DNA from: Candidatus Bathyarchaeota archaeon
GTDB lineage: Archaea; Thermoproteota; Bathyarchaeia; 40CM-2-53-6; RBG-13-38-9
Length of the DNA stretch: 64,000 nucleotides
Assembly: GCA_963807605.1 (NCBI GenBank)
Contig: CAWECG010000003.1
Span: 928,001-992,000, forward strand
Reading direction: 5' to 3'
Below the pieces are notes generated by a model. The model made no database searches and was not told the origin of the DNA. It saw only the letters and a list, made by a program, of their open reading frames with translations. Position 1 is the stretch's first letter. The number at the start of each line of letters is the position of its first letter. The position numbers and the translations under genes are program-made. Shown one piece after another: positions 18,912 through 31,277 of the stretch.

Positions 18912-21900
18912 ATGGCTACAGTATCGGAAGAGACCTACAAGATCGTAGACGGCATAAGATTCTCACTGCTTTCGCCGAACGAGATCAGGAAACTCTCAAC
19001 CGTCGAGGTACAGACGGCAGACACGTACGACGAGGATGGAGTTCCAATAGTTTCAGGTCTTATGGATGGGCGACTGGGAACTCTGGAACCTAGGCAGAAA
19101 TGTAGAACCTGTGGAAATACAGCTATGGCCTGTCCAGGTCACTTCGGCCATATCGAACTTGCGGAACCAGTCATCCACGTATCGTTCGTGAAGCTTATCC
19201 ATCGTCTATTGGCAGTGACTTGTAGAAACTGTGGGAGGATCCTTCTATCGGACGAGAAAATAAAAGAATATGATGATAAGATTAAGGAAGTCAGGGTTCG
19301 CCTGAATACAGTGCCCGAATCCCTGTACAAGAAGATACTCAAACATGCAAAGAAGACCATGGAGTGCCCACACTGTGGCACCCAGCAATATCCAATAGAG
19401 CTCGTCAAACCAACATCATTCCATGAAGCCGTCGAAGGAGGAGCGCCCAAGATTCCTCCAAGCGCAATAAGGGAAAGGCTGGAGAGGATTCCAGACGATG
19501 ATTTAAAGCTTTTGGGAATAGACCCACAATCTGCAAGACCAGAATGGATGATACTTCAAGTTCTACCGGTCCCCCCGGTCAGCGTTAGACCGTCCATAAC
19601 ACTTGAGTCCGGAATAAGATCTGAAGACGACCTGACACACAAACTTGTAGATATAATCAGGATCAATCAGAAACTAGGTGAAGCTCTAGAGTCAGGTGTC
19701 CCCATAAACATAATTCAAGAACTTCACGATCTCTTACAATACCACGTCACCACCTACTTTGATAACGAAGTATCAGGACTACCTCCTGCAAGACACCGTT
19801 CAGGAAGAGCCCTGAAGACCATATGCCAAAGACTCAAAGGTAAAGAGGGAAGATTCAGAGGAAATCTCTCTGGAAAACGTGTGGACTTCTCCGCTCGAAC
19901 AGTCATCTCGCCAGACCTAAACCTAGACATAAATGAGGTCGGGGTGCCGGTCGAGCTGGCTTCAAGACTGACCATACCAGAGAAGGTTACTGACTGGAAC
20001 CTAGAGCAGATGAAACAGCTCATACGTAACGGCCCGGACCAGTATCCCGGAGCACTCTACATCGTCCGAACTGACGGAAGAAGGATCAGGCTAGAGTTCG
20101 TACCCGAGAGGGAGAGCATAGCGGAAGGTCTGCAAGCCGGCTTCATAGTTGAGAGACACATCAAGGACGGCGACATAGTCCTCTTCAACAGGCAACCCTC
20201 ACTGCACAGAATGTCGATTATGGCTCACGCCGTCAAGGTTCTTCCCTTCAAAACCTTCAGACTCAACCCATGCGTCTGTCCACCATACAACGCGGACTTT
20301 GATGGTGACGAGATGAACCTCCATGTCCCACAGGGTGAAGAAGCTAGGACCGAGGCGCGACTCCTCATGCAGGTCCAAGACCAGATACTGTCCCCGCGAT
20401 ATGGAGGACCTATAATAGGCGCGATAAGAGATCTTCTCAGTTCGGCCTTTCTCTTAACAGCTAAAGGAACTCGACTCACAGCAGAGGAGGTAGGGAGGCT
20501 AACTGCCGCCGCAGGTTACGTCGGAGAGCTTCCCGAACCTGATGTTCAAAGGATCAAAACCCACGTGGTCTGGAAAGTCAATATTCAGCCTCTTCATACC
20601 AAAGGGCCTCAACTTCACCTCGAAATCCAACATCTGCAATGTGTACAAATGCCTCGACTGCAAGAAAGAGAAGTGCCCACACGACTCCTACATCGTGATA
20701 AAGGATGGAGTTTTGAAGCAAGGAGTGATAGACAAGAACTCGATAGGTGCAGAGAGATCCGAGAGCCTCTTCCACAGAATCATAAAAGATTATGGATCCA
20801 CAACAGCAAGAGAATTCCTCAATTCCATAGCAAAACTCCTTGACAGATTCATAACCTTGAAAGGATTCACATACGCCTTCGATGAACTTGCGATCTCAGA
20901 AGAGGTCAAAGACAAAATCAGGAAGGCAACTGAGAAAGCTGAAGAAAAGGTCAATGGCCTAATCGAGAGCTACAGGAAAGGAACCCTTGAGAGACTAGCG
21001 GGTCAATCGCTTGAAGAGAGCCTAGAGATATACATAATGAATGAGCTGTCGAGAGTCAGAGACCTTGCAGGTGAATATGCCGACCAGTATTTCCCAGCGG
21101 ATAATGATGGAATAATAATGACGAGGGCGGGAGCAAGGGGCTCAATGCTGAATATAGGACAGATGACGGCTTGCCTAGGTCAACAATCAATCAGAGGCAA
21201 AAGGATCCTTAGGGGATATCGTGACAGAACACTCCCGTTCTTCGAACCTAACGATGCAGGAGCAGAAGCACGGGGTTTCGTCTACTCCTCATACAGGGAT
21301 GGGCTCAGCCCGATAGAATTCTTCTTCCACGCCATCGGCGGCAGAGAGGGCCTCGTCGACACGGCAGTACGAACCCAACAAAGCGGCTACATGCAGAGAC
21401 GTTTAATCAACGCTCTGGAACACCTCAGGGTTGAGTATGACGGCACGGTGAGGGACTCAAGCGGCAACATAATCCAGTTCAAGTACGGTGAGGACGGCAT
21501 CGACACAGCGAAGAGCGACCATGGAAAGGCGGTGAACATTGAGCGGCTGGTTGAAAGAGTCAGACTCTTCTCAGAGAAAGGTGCCGCAGCTAGCAAGAAC
21601 TACATAGAATCCAAGATCGATTTGATTGCAGACAGACTGACTCCAAGCCTAGTTGATGAATTGAGAAGATACCTGCTCGGAGTGAAACTCACACGCAAGG
21701 GCGTTGATCAAGTCCTAAATCTAACTATAGAGAGCTATGTCCGATCGCTAATTGAACCTGGGGAGGCTGCCGGAATAGTCTCAGCACAGTCGATAGGCGA
21801 ACCGGGAACCCAGATGACCCTAAGGACATTCCACTTCGCAGGAGTCAAAGAACAGAACGTAACGCTTGGACTCCCAAGACTCATTGAGATTGTTGACGCT

Positions 21901-22746
21901 AGAAAGATTCCTTCAACACCGACCATGACCATTTATCTTGAGAAGAAATATCGCAACAAGAGAGAAAAAGCAGAGGAGGTAGCCAACGCGATCACATTCG
22001 CAACTCTAGAGGACATCTGTGAGAGTATAGTCTCAGACATAACGAAGATGAAGATTATGGCAACGCTAAGCCCTACAATGATGAAGGAGAGAGCAATAGC
22101 ATTACAAGAGGTTCGTGAAGCACTAAAGCCACCGAACTGCCAAGTCAAGATAGACCGGTTCGATGTGGAAGTAACTCCGAAAGAAATGGAGATACCTCAG
22201 TTCAAACGGTTCGCAACACGCCTAAGGCAGTTCAGATTGAAAGGAGCCCCCTCTGTCAAGCGAGCACTGGTCCTAGAGGATCAAGGCGAATGGATCATAA
22301 GGACCGAAGGCTCAGGTTTGGACTTCGCCCTAGAACTACCCATGGTAGACAAGACAAGAACGATCTCAAACAACGTACATGAAGTCGCAGAGGTTCTAGG
22401 AATAGAGGCAGCGAGGAACGTTACAATCAAAGAAGCTATGGGTGTGCTTGAAGAACAAGGACTCGATGTAGACATCAGACACGTCATGCTGGTGGCTGAT
22501 ATGATGACCAACTCAGGCGTAGTTCTCCAAGTTGGAAGACACGGAATCAGTGGAGAGAAAGCCTCAACGTTGGCGAAGGCTGCCTTTGAGATCACAATCC
22601 CTACAATAGTGGACGCATCAATCAAAGGCACCAGAGATATGCTCAGAGGAGTTGCCGAGAATGTTATCGTCGGCCGACAGATACCTATGGGAACAGGACT
22701 GATAGACGTCTACATGTCAATGCCAGAGAAGGAGACCAACAAATGA
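18912..22746 (+). CDS. rpoA: RNA polymerase largest subunit, fused A'+A'' (Rpo1), +1 frameshift near 20545
   Basis: NADFDGDEMN catalytic motif in ORF 18912; ORF 20542-22746 continues KPTWSGKSIFS...YMQRRLINAL and runs without a stop into A'' motifs (AQSIGEPGTQMTLRTFHFAG). Confidence 0.95.
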
Positions 22747-23060
22747 TAGACTTCAACAGACAGATTACGATAGCTCTAAAGACTGGAAAGATAGAACTGG
22801 GAAGTCGGAGCGCAGTCACTGCCGCTAAACTTGGAAAGGCACAACTGATAATTCTAGCCACGAACTGCCCAGAGAAGGAGAAGATAGTAAACGACGCTCA
22901 AGGTAGCGGCGTACCGACCTACATCTACAAAGGAACGACTATGGAACTCGGCAGCGTATGCGGGAAACCATTTATAGTTGCCGCAGTAACAGTTAGAGAA
23001 CCTGGAGATTCAGAAATACTTAGACTGGCTGAAAGGGAAGATGCAGTCACAAAGGATTAG
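22743..23060 (+). CDS. rpl30e: 50S ribosomal protein eL30
   Basis: KTGKIELG, ELGSVCGKPF, PGDSEIL; canonical position after rpoA. Confidence 0.95.
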   Translation: MIDFNRQITIALKTGKIELGSRSAVTAAKLGKAQLIILATNCPEKEKIVNDAQGSGVPTYIYKGTTMELGSVCGKPFIVAAVTVREPGDSEILRLAEREDAVTKD

Positions 23061-23478
23061 ACTGAAAGGGGACGAGATGCGGCTTATAGCCCTCTTTCAG
23101 AGCATCACAGGAGCTACTTCAAATGACTGCCTTATAGATGAGGAGAACGATCGCGTCATTCTTGTAGCAAAGAAGGGAGAGATGGGCCTAGCTATCGGAA
23201 AGGCTGGCAGGAACATAAACACTCTCAGGAAGATGACTGGTCGACAGATAGAGGTTGTCGAGGCTGCCGATGAACCTGAACAACTCATAAAGAACTCATT
23301 GGCTCCAGCCAAGGTTAAGGCAATAAGAATAACTGAGAAGTCGGACTCCAAGATCGCTGTCGTTGAGGTTGATGCCAAAGACAAGGCGATCGCAATCGGC
23401 AAGAACGGCAAGACGATAGATAAGACAAGACTCTTGGCCAAGAGATACTTCCAGATAAATCACGTCATAATAGCTTGA
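23041..23478 (+). CDS. nusA: Archaeal NusA (KH domains)
   Basis: GEMGLAIGKAGRNI, AIAIGKNGKTI. Confidence 0.95.
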   Translation: MQSQRIRLKGDEMRLIALFQSITGATSNDCLIDEENDRVILVAKKGEMGLAIGKAGRNINTLRKMTGRQIEVVEAADEPEQLIKNSLAPAKVKAIRITEKSDSKIAVVEVDAKDKAIAIGKNGKTIDKTRLLAKRYFQINHVIIA

Positions 23479-23557
23479 ACACTGTCTTTTTATCCCAACC
23501 ATTATATTCCCGCGCCAGCGTATTCAGGAAAACGCTAGCAATCCAAGGTGGAGAGGC

Positions 23558-24469
23558 CTGAAACTTAACGGCGTGGAGATAGAGGATACCTTCGCAGAAG
23601 CATTTCCTATGTATATTGGTAGATACTTAGTTACAGCCTCAACCAGACGTTGGGCCCTAGCATCAGCTCAAGAAATGAAAGGTCTAGGGGTCTCAGCAAC
23701 ACTCGGACCCGGAGAAGCAGGGATCGAGCGCGAAGTAACTATTGAAGAGTCACCTGATCACAGACCAGGATATCTATTGAACGTGGGACATAGAGAGAAG
23801 AAAGAACTCAACTACTGGCTGATCGCCAGAATAAGGAAAGGAGTGCTTCCTACTCCTACAACATCAGCCTTCGATGTCATGCCCAAAGAGATGGTTCAAT
23901 ATTACGTTGATGTTAAGGATACGCCCATACAGCTCTTCGGGGATGGATACGAAGAATTAGTTGAGAGAGAGGGACGAGCCGTCTATAAAATCCCGAGGAT
24001 GGATGGCTTCTGCTATATTGAGACAAGATTTGGGGTTGCGCGAGGCATAGGAGGCGGTAACTTTCTAATCTTGGGCGAATCGCAAGGGTCGGCCCTTATG
24101 GCAGCCGAGGTTGCTGTTGACTCCATGAAAGAGGTGCCATACGTATTCAATCCGTGTGCTGGCGGAATAGCCGCATCCGGAACAAAGGTAGGAGGAAAAA
24201 GATACAAAGACGCTGTTGCAACAACAAACGATCCTTACTGTCCAACAATCAAAGACCGGGTTGAGGAGAGTAAGATTCCTCAAGGAGTTAATTGCGTCTA
24301 TGAGGTCTTCATCAACGGCTTGGATCTGACCTCTGTCGAGAAGGCTATGAAGGTTGGGATAAGGGCAGCCACGACAGTAGGTGGTGTGAAGAAGATTTCA
24401 GCGGGCAACTACGGGGGTAACCTCGGCAAGATCCTAATCCCGCTTACCAAAGTCCTAGAAATGCATTGA
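23558..24469 (+). CDS. ftr: Formylmethanofuran:H4MPT formyltransferase (divergent)
   Basis: CTG 23558 gives MKLNGVEIEDTFAEAF; EAGIE, SPDHRPG, FGDGYE, GGGNF, YEVFING, ISAGNYGGNLG. Confidence 0.9.
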   Translation: MKLNGVEIEDTFAEAFPMYIGRYLVTASTRRWALASAQEMKGLGVSATLGPGEAGIEREVTIEESPDHRPGYLLNVGHREKKELNYWLIARIRKGVLPTPTTSAFDVMPKEMVQYYVDVKDTPIQLFGDGYEELVEREGRAVYKIPRMDGFCYIETRFGVARGIGGGNFLILGESQGSALMAAEVAVDSMKEVPYVFNPCAGGIAASGTKVGGKRYKDAVATTNDPYCPTIKDRVEESKIPQGVNCVYEVFINGLDLTSVEKAMKVGIRAATTVGGVKKISAGNYGGNLGKILIPLTKVLEMH

Positions 24470-24504
24470 GAATACTCGGTTCATCAGATGGTTGCCGCAT
24501 AAAA

Positions 24505-25482
24505 ATGAGACTCTACAACTTGAGCTTGCTTATCCTAATGGTTCTACTGGTTTACACTCAGATAATTGGCTGTGGAGCTGTCGAGTCAACTCTGACAATT
24601 CAACCATCGACAGCAGACACATTCGTCAATAGTATGTATCTACACACAAAGTATCCTGAAAATCCTCACGGATACCTTTGGGCTATCTTTGCAGGAAACA
24701 TGTATGTAGAGTACGATTCCTACAAGCTCTACGGATCCGCACGAATCTACATCAAGTTCAACATAACTTCAATCCCAAAAGACGCTCAGATCCTCTCAGC
24801 GAACATGTGCCTCTATATGTACGACCCGCCTAAGACCAGCCAAGAGTTTGAGGCCTACAGAGTGCTATCAGACTGGGGAGAATTCCAGCTAATCTGGATA
24901 AATCAACCACCATCAGCAGATACCCCGACAGCTGCAACAACAATTAATCCAACCCCTAGTGAAGCCTGGATCTGCTGGGACATCACAAATGATCTAAAGA
25001 TATGGCACTCAGGAGCTGCAGAGAACTATGGCACGATGATAAAGATCAAACATGAAATGAACGCGTCGGATCAGCTTGCCTCATTCTATCCAAGACAGGG
25101 CAACCAACCTCTAGGACTGAAGCCCAAACTACTTGTCAGGATCGATTGGTATAAACCAATAACCTCTCCATCCACTCCATCACCCTCGCCAGCAGAGACC
25201 CCAACTCAAACACCGTCACCAAAGCCTCCCACACAAATACTTCCACCAACAAACTCTAACACCGCAACTACAACCATTTCCAATAGTATTCCAGAGCAGA
25301 CCTGTACGACTCAAAGTCCTACCACGCTGACTTCAATAACTTTGATACTGATGATATTAATCGCGGGGACTGTCCTAATTTTGAAAAAGCGTTCAAGAGC
25401 GGCCAACTCAGCAAAGGATAAACCATCAGAAGGATCTAAACCAAACAATTCAACAGAACGAAGCCACAGACAACGTACTTAG
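24505..25482 (+). CDS. Secreted DNRLRE-like domain protein with Pro/Thr linker and C-terminal TM anchor
   Basis: Signal peptide, ADTFV...RIYIKFNITSIP..AQILSA, WINQP, WDIT, NYG, PKLLV; PSTPSPSP linker; TM + KKR. Confidence 0.75.
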   Translation: MRLYNLSLLILMVLLVYTQIIGCGAVESTLTIQPSTADTFVNSMYLHTKYPENPHGYLWAIFAGNMYVEYDSYKLYGSARIYIKFNITSIPKDAQILSANMCLYMYDPPKTSQEFEAYRVLSDWGEFQLIWINQPPSADTPTAATTINPTPSEAWICWDITNDLKIWHSGAAENYGTMIKIKHEMNASDQLASFYPRQGNQPLGLKPKLLVRIDWYKPITSPSTPSPSPAETPTQTPSPKPPTQILPPTNSNTATTTISNSIPEQTCTTQSPTTLTSITLILMILIAGTVLILKKRSRAANSAKDKPSEGSKPNNSTERSHRQRT

Positions 25483-25695
25483 CAGCAACTCAATATTATA
25501 TGCAGCAGCCCAATTCAAGGCAGTTAAGAGCATTTGTCATGCCAGTCAACCTCAGCCTGCAACTGGCTCTGTAATGTTCTATCACAATCATTGAATACGA
25601 AAGAGCAATGCAGAGGTCATATCTCGGTCTCGCTTCAGTGTGATTCTTAACAATGATGTCTCACATCTACTGAGAAAATTCTCTATCACGTCCTG

Positions 25696-25712
25696 AAGAA
25701 CAGTTTTTATAA
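25696..25712 (+). promoter_or_regulatory. BRE/TATA promoter of rps12
   Basis: purine-rich AAGAACAG followed by TTTTTATAA ~50 nt before the ATG. Confidence 0.55.
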
Positions 25713-25763
25713 CCCGAGCTTGAAAGAGTTGGAAAGCTCGTAAATACACATCCGGGATATGAG

Positions 25764-26201
25764 ATGGGAAAGACTTCCAGGGGATTCTTGGCTGCAAGAA
25801 GGCTCAGGCGCATACGCCAGAACTTAAGGTGGAAGTATCCACCATATAAGAGACGAATGCTTGGACTAGACTACAAAGCCGACCCGCTGCAAGGAGCACC
25901 ACAAGGAAGAGGAATAGTTCTAGAGAAGGTTGGGATTGAGTGTCGCCAACCAAATAGCGCAGTAAGAAAGGCAGTAAGAGTCCAGCTCATAAAAAATGGA
26001 AAAGTAATAACGGCATTCACACCCGGAGACGGGGCTCTGAACTTCATAGATGAACATGATGAGGTTCAGATATGTGGCATAGGCGGTGCTGAGGGCAAGG
26101 CTATGGGCGACATACCGGGCATCAGATACAAGGTCTTCAAAGTCAATAATGTCTCGCTAGAAGCACTCCTTTCAGGAAAGAAGGAGAAACCAAGGCGGTA
26201 G
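25764..26201 (+). CDS. rps12: 30S ribosomal protein uS12
   Basis: [45 protein letters not shown]. Confidence 0.97.
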   Translation: MGKTSRGFLAARRLRRIRQNLRWKYPPYKRRMLGLDYKADPLQGAPQGRGIVLEKVGIECRQPNSAVRKAVRVQLIKNGKVITAFTPGDGALNFIDEHDEVQICGIGGAEGKAMGDIPGIRYKVFKVNNVSLEALLSGKKEKPRR

Positions 26202-26338
26202 GCAACACCTCTCTATAGGTGCAACACACACCTTTTGTCGTTTAATTCATCTTCCGTCCAACCCGAATTACAGACCACAATTAGGCACCGGAAAGCTCAT
26301 TTGATTAGTGAGTATCACGTTCAAGTATTCTATTACAT

Positions 26339-26459
26339 GCCGGGGTTGCCTAGAGATTCGTAACGAGTCGGGAAACCAGGTAAGGCGTCGGCTTGCTAGA
26401 GTTCTGCAGAAAGCCGATGACCCTTACGGGTCACGTGGGTTCAAATCCCACCCCCGGCG
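26339..26459 (+). tRNA. tRNA-Ser(GCT) with two introns (26354-26375 in D-loop; 26399-26411 at 37/38)
   Basis: Acceptor GCCGGGG/CCCCGGC + G73; anticodon stem TCGGC/GCCGA, GCT at 26395-26397; long variable arm TGACCC-TTAC-GGGTCA; T arm GTGGG-TTCAAAT-CCCAC; CCA not encoded. Confidence 0.92.
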
Positions 26460-26518
26460 CCTAGACACGTTTTCTGCATTGACCGTATTCGATAATGCTA
26501 TTTTTGTTGATTAGGCGC

Positions 26519-26638
26519 GCGCTAGTCATGCCAACCTTACGTGATATCATACTTACTGCAGGTCTATCCGTATTCCCTTTTATCCTCCTTGAAGCTCTGA
26601 AATCAGGATTAGAGAGACACAAGGCCCACGCACAGTAG
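26519..26638 (+). pseudogene. Possible C-terminal scrap of a cation-transporting P-type ATPase
   Basis: ALVMPTLRDIILTAGLSVFPFILLEALK...* resembles the last helix of Ca2+-type ATPases; nothing upstream. Confidence 0.35.
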
Positions 26639-26798
26639 TCAATACAATCCGTTATACTTTTCAATCTGTCAATGGAGTATCCTCGCAGACCTGAGTCTGA
26701 TACAGTGAACTTGGCTCTCAGATAGAAGATCGGTATGAGATAGCAGAAGGTGGTAGTGAATTAGCCCCGGAAATAAAGAACAACGTCAAGAGAAGCGC

Positions 26799-27887
26799 AT
26801 GAAGGCCGCACTGGCGTTAGAGGACGGTACAATCGTTGAAGGATGTGGCTTCGGAGCAGCAGGCTTGGTTCAGGGCGAACTTGTCTTCAACACTTCCATG
26901 ACAGGATACGTTGAAGCACTCACAGACCCAAGCTACGCAGGACAAATACTCATGATGACCTATCCTCTCGTAGGCAACTACGGTGTATGTAGTGAGGATT
27001 ATGAAAGCGATAAAATACAAGTGAGAGGCTTCGTCGTCAAGAATCTATGCAGAAAACCGAGCAACTGGAGAAACGAGAAAAGTCTCGATCAATTTCTAAT
27101 CGAATCCGGAGTTCCCGGTATCGAAGGCATTGACACCAGAATGCTAACTTTGAAGGCAAGGGTTCATGGCACGATGAAGGCCGCTTTGGCCGCCTTCGTA
27201 GAAGAAGAGATGCCAGAAAGGGAAGAGCTTGTTGAGCTGGCGCGGCGGCAACCACATATCTCAGAGGTCGATCTTGTGGACAAGGTTTGCGTGGAAGAAC
27301 CAAAGTCCATAGACGTTGGGGGTAAGTACGACGCCGTAATTATAGACTGTGGTGTCAAGAACAGCATCATAACCCAACTGAAACTACGAGGTGTGAACCT
27401 TCACGTCTTGCCATACGACACTCCTTCAGAGAGGGTGATGGAGTACGATCCTGACGCCGTATTCATATCCAACGGTCCCGGTGACCCGTCTAGAGTGACC
27501 CCAACAATCCGGACAATAAGGGACCTCGTAGGCAACGTTCCGATTGCAGGTATCTGCTTAGGACTCCAGCTCACAAGCCTCGCCCTAGGAGGAAATACCT
27601 TCAAACTCAAGTTCGGTCACAGAGGATCGAACCAGCCTGTAAAAGACTTAGAGACTGGAAGAATCTTCATATCAACTCAAAATCACGGCTTCGCAGTGAA
27701 CTCCGAGTCTCTAGGGGACACCGAACTTGAGCTGACGCAAAAGAACCTTAACGATATGACGGTGGAAGGTATCAGACATAAAGAAATGCCTCTGATGGCT
27801 GTGCAATACCACCCTGAAGCAGGCCCTGGACCGCACGACACTTACTTCTTCTTCGATAGATTTATCAAAATGCTGGAGCGACAGTAG
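26799..27887 (+). CDS. carA: Carbamoyl-phosphate synthase small subunit
   Basis: [40 protein letters not shown]. Confidence 0.97.
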   Translation: MKAALALEDGTIVEGCGFGAAGLVQGELVFNTSMTGYVEALTDPSYAGQILMMTYPLVGNYGVCSEDYESDKIQVRGFVVKNLCRKPSNWRNEKSLDQFLIESGVPGIEGIDTRMLTLKARVHGTMKAALAAFVEEEMPEREELVELARRQPHISEVDLVDKVCVEEPKSIDVGGKYDAVIIDCGVKNSIITQLKLRGVNLHVLPYDTPSERVMEYDPDAVFISNGPGDPSRVTPTIRTIRDLVGNVPIAGICLGLQLTSLALGGNTFKLKFGHRGSNQPVKDLETGRIFISTQNHGFAVNSESLGDTELELTQKNLNDMTVEGIRHKEMPLMAVQYHPEAGPGPHDTYFFFDRFIKMLERQ

Positions 27888-27889
27888 AC

Positions 27890-30800
27890 TTGCCTAAAAG
27901 AGAGGATATAAGAAAAATCCTCGTAATAGGCTCCGGCCCGATAATAATAGGTCAAGCTGCAGAGTTTGATTATTCAGGAAGCCAAGCCTGCAAGGCTCTC
28001 CGTGAAGAAGGCTACAAGGTCGTTTTGGTTAATTCCAACCCAGCCACGATAATGACCGATCCTGGAATAGCTGACAGAACCTATATCGAGCCTTTGACCG
28101 CTGAAGTTGTCGAAAGCATTATAGCGGTTGAAAAACCAGACACTCTTCTCCCAACCCTTGGAGGACAAACAGGGCTTAACCTCGCCACCATACTTGCTGA
28201 GAGCGGCGTCTTGGATAAGTATGGAGTGGAACTTATTGGAGCAAAACTTGATGCCATAAAGAAAGCTGAAGATAGGGAACTTTTCAGAGATTCCATGATT
28301 AAGATAGGTCTCGAAGTCCCTTCAAGTAGCATAGTACGGTCAGTTGAGGAAGCCTCAGCGTTCGCACGCAGACTTGGATACCCCATTGTCGTTAGACCCT
28401 CTTTCACACTTGGTGGTACAGGGGGTGGAATCGCCCATAATATCAAGGAACTAAGGCAGATTGTTGAACATGGATTGGGGCTCAGCTTGATACGTCAAGT
28501 ACTGATTGAAGAGGGTCTGATCGGTTGGAAAGAGTACGAACTTGAGGTTATGAGGGATCTAGCTGACAACGTCGTGATAGTCTGTCCCGTGGAGAACATG
28601 GATCCCATGGGGGTACACACCGGGGATAGTATCACTGTGGCACCCGCTCAGACACTTACTGACGTCGAGTACCAAAACCTCAGGGATGCAGCGATCAAGA
28701 CAATCAGGGAGATAGGGGTTGAGACAGGCGGCAGCAATATTCAGTTCGCTATTGACCCGAAGAACGGGAGGATAGTAGCCATAGAGATGAACCCACGAGT
28801 GTCAAGATCCTCTGCACTTGCCTCGAAGGCCACAGGATTCCCAATAGCCAAGATAGCCGCCAAATTGGCAGTCGGCTACACCCTTGACGAGATTCCCAAC
28901 GACATCACTAAGGAGACCCTAGCATGCTTCGAGCCTACAATAGACTACGTGGTAGTTAAAATTCCCCGATTCGCGTTTGACAAGTTCCCAACTGCTGACA
29001 GTACCTTGACAACTCAAATGAAGAGCGTCGGTGAAGTGATGGCGATCGGCAGGACCTTCGAAGAGGCGCTGCAGAAGGCCATCCGCTCTCTGGAGATAGG
29101 AAAGTATGGTTTGGGGGCATACGCAAGGGACAGGAATCCATCAAAGGAAGAGATACTCCGTAAGCTCAGAATACCAAATCATGAGCGCCTCTTCTACATC
29201 AGGTACGCTGTACGAAAGGGCATTAGTACTGATGAAATCGCTGAACTCACAAAGATCGATCCATGGTTCATCGAGAAGATCAAGAACATTACAAGCATGG
29301 AGCAAGACCTCAAGAACTATGATCTTGCCACAATACCCGACGAGCTTCTGAAGCAGGCTAAAGTACTAGGGTTCTCAGACAGGCAGCTGTCCAATCTTCT
29401 CAAGTCAACTGAAAACGAAGTTAGGAAGAAGAGAGAGGCGAAGAGCATATCCACAGTCTACAAGATGGTTGACACGTGCGCTGGCGAATTCGAGGCTAAG
29501 ACACCATACTACTATTCTACCTATGAGGACAGTAATGATGCCGCGCGAACCGGAAGAAAGAAGGTAGTTATACTAGGCTCTGGGCCGAACAGAATTGGTC
29601 AAGGCATAGAGTTCGACTATTGTTGCGTGCATAGCGTACTCTCACTAAGAGAGGAAGGATACGAGACAGTGATGGTGAATAGCAATCCGGAGACTGTATC
29701 TACTGACTATGACACATCGGACAGACTCTACTTCGAACCCATAACCCACGAGGACGTTCTAAACATTGTTGAGAATGAGAAACCCGAAGGAGTATTCGTT
29801 CAGTTCGGTGGACAGACACCCCTGAACATAACTAAGCAGTTATCAAAAAGTGACGTAAGAATCCTAGGGACTTCACCAGACGCAATCGATACCGCTGAGA
29901 ACAGAGAAAGATTTGCAGAACTACTAGACGGACTGGGCATTCCGCAGCCAGAGAACGGCATTGCGTACAACATTGAACAAGCTACTGCCGTTGCGCGACA
30001 ACTTGGATATCCCGTCCTAGTCAGACCCTCCTATGTCCTAGGCGGAAGAGCTATGGACATAGTATACGATGACGACACTTTGAGGGAATACATCTCTGAA
30101 GCAATCGAAGTCTCCCCTGAGAGCCCAATCCTCATAGACAAATTCATTGAGGATGCCTTAGAAGTTGAGGTGGACGCGCTCAGCGATGGTGAAGAGGTAA
30201 TTCTAGGCGGCATAATGGAGCACATAGAAGAGGCTGGAGTCCACTCAGGAGACTCAGCATGCGTACTTCCCCCTATCAGCCTTAGTGAAGAGATAATCAA
30301 AACAATAAGGGACTATACAAAGAAGATAGCGCTGGCCTTGGGAGTTATCGGGCTGACAAACATACAGTACGCGGTGAAAGACCGAACAGTCTATGTCATC
30401 GAAGCAAATCCAAGAGCCTCCAGAACCGTCCCCTTTGTGAGTAAGGCCACAGGCCTGCCCTTAGCGAAGATTGCTGCCAAACTCATGATCGGAAAGAAAC
30501 TCAGAGAGCTGGGTGTTAAGGAGAGGCTGAACCCAAAACATATGGCTGTGAAAGAGGCTGTCTTTCCTTTCAACAAATTGCCGGGCGTTGATCCCATACT
30601 CGCTCCGGAGATGAAATCAACCGGTGAAGTCATGGGCATCAACTACGATTTCGGAATGGCATATTACAAGGCCGAACTCGCAGCAGGAATGAAACTCCCT
30701 ACTAAGGGTATAGCATTTATCAGCGTAAAGGATAGAGACAAACCAAAGATAATCCAAGTTGCGAAAGGATTGAAGGCCCTTGGATTTGAGATACTTGCAA

Positions 30801-31183
30801 CTAAAGGTACTGCTGAATATCTGAGCGGTGCAGGTGTAGAAGCCAAAGCTGTACTGAAGACAAGCGAAGGCAGACCGAACATAGTCGATTTAGTGATTAA
30901 CGGAGGAGTTGACCTAATAATCAACACGCCACGTGGGAAAGGTCCGAAAAAGGAGGGATACGACATCAGGAGGGCTGCAGTAGAGTATAACGTCCCCTAT
31001 ATCACTACAATTCCAGCAGCATTGGCCGCTGTTAAGGCTGGAGAGGCAATAAGAAAGGGTAAGATGACGATAAAACCTCTACAAGAATACCATATAGAAA
31101 ACGAGGCCACAATACTTCAGGTTGAGAAGGAGCAATTTAACAAAGCCTTGCCGAATCCCAACTTGGCCTCGGAGCGTCTGTAA
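27890..31183 (+). CDS. carB: Carbamoyl-phosphate synthase large subunit
   Basis: [17 protein letters not shown], duplicated ATP-grasp domains, MGS-like C-domain. Confidence 0.97.
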   Translation: MPKREDIRKILVIGSGPIIIGQAAEFDYSGSQACKALREEGYKVVLVNSNPATIMTDPGIADRTYIEPLTAEVVESIIAVEKPDTLLPTLGGQTGLNLATILAESGVLDKYGVELIGAKLDAIKKAEDRELFRDSMIKIGLEVPSSSIVRSVEEASAFARRLGYPIVVRPSFTLGGTGGGIAHNIKELRQIVEHGLGLSLIRQVLIEEGLIGWKEYELEVMRDLADNVVIVCPVENMDPMGVHTGDSITVAPAQTLTDVEYQNLRDAAIKTIREIGVETGGSNIQFAIDPKNGRIVAIEMNPRVSRSSALASKATGFPIAKIAAKLAVGYTLDEIPNDITKETLACFEPTIDYVVVKIPRFAFDKFPTADSTLTTQMKSVGEVMAIGRTFEEALQKAIRSLEIGKYGLGAYARDRNPSKEEILRKLRIPNHERLFYIRYAVRKGISTDEIAELTKIDPWFIEKIKNITSMEQDLKNYDLATIPDELLKQAKVLGFSDRQLSNLLKSTENEVRKKREAKSISTVYKMVDTCAGEFEAKTPYYYSTYEDSNDAARTGRKKVVILGSGPNRIGQGIEFDYCCVHSVLSLREEGYETVMVNSNPETVSTDYDTSDRLYFEPITHEDVLNIVENEKPEGVFVQFGGQTPLNITKQLSKSDVRILGTSPDAIDTAENRERFAELLDGLGIPQPENGIAYNIEQATAVARQLGYPVLVRPSYVLGGRAMDIVYDDDTLREYISEAIEVSPESPILIDKFIEDALEVEVDALSDGEEVILGGIMEHIEEAGVHSGDSACVLPPISLSEEIIKTIRDYTKKIALALGVIGLTNIQYAVKDRTVYVIEANPRASRTVPFVSKATGLPLAKIAAKLMIGKKLRELGVKERLNPKHMAVKEAVFPFNKLPGVDPILAPEMKSTGEVMGINYDFGMAYYKAELAAGMKLPTKGIAFISVKDRDKPKIIQVAKGLKALGFEILATKGTAEYLSGAGVEAKAVLKTSEGRPNIVDLVINGGVDLIINTPRGKGPKKEGYDIRRAAVEYNVPYITTIPAALAAVKAGEAIRKGKMTIKPLQEYHIENEATILQVEKEQFNKALPNPNLASERL

Positions 31184-31277
31184 AGTCAACACATAATAAG
31201 AAATATCTGGTTATTTGGATTTTTTCCAACTGCGACATTCATGTATTGCACGCTCACAGACCTACTTACTGAACCTA

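Noticed and set aside
20542-22746. A novel split point of Rpo1 into two genes
   Set aside because: Conserved sequence runs across the junction with a single extra base and the ORFs overlap by about 300 nt; a frameshift explains it better
26393-26400. CTA near the anticodon suggesting an amber-suppressor or Pyl tRNA
   Set aside because: Stem register and BHB intron place GCT at 34-36; long variable arm and G73 indicate Ser
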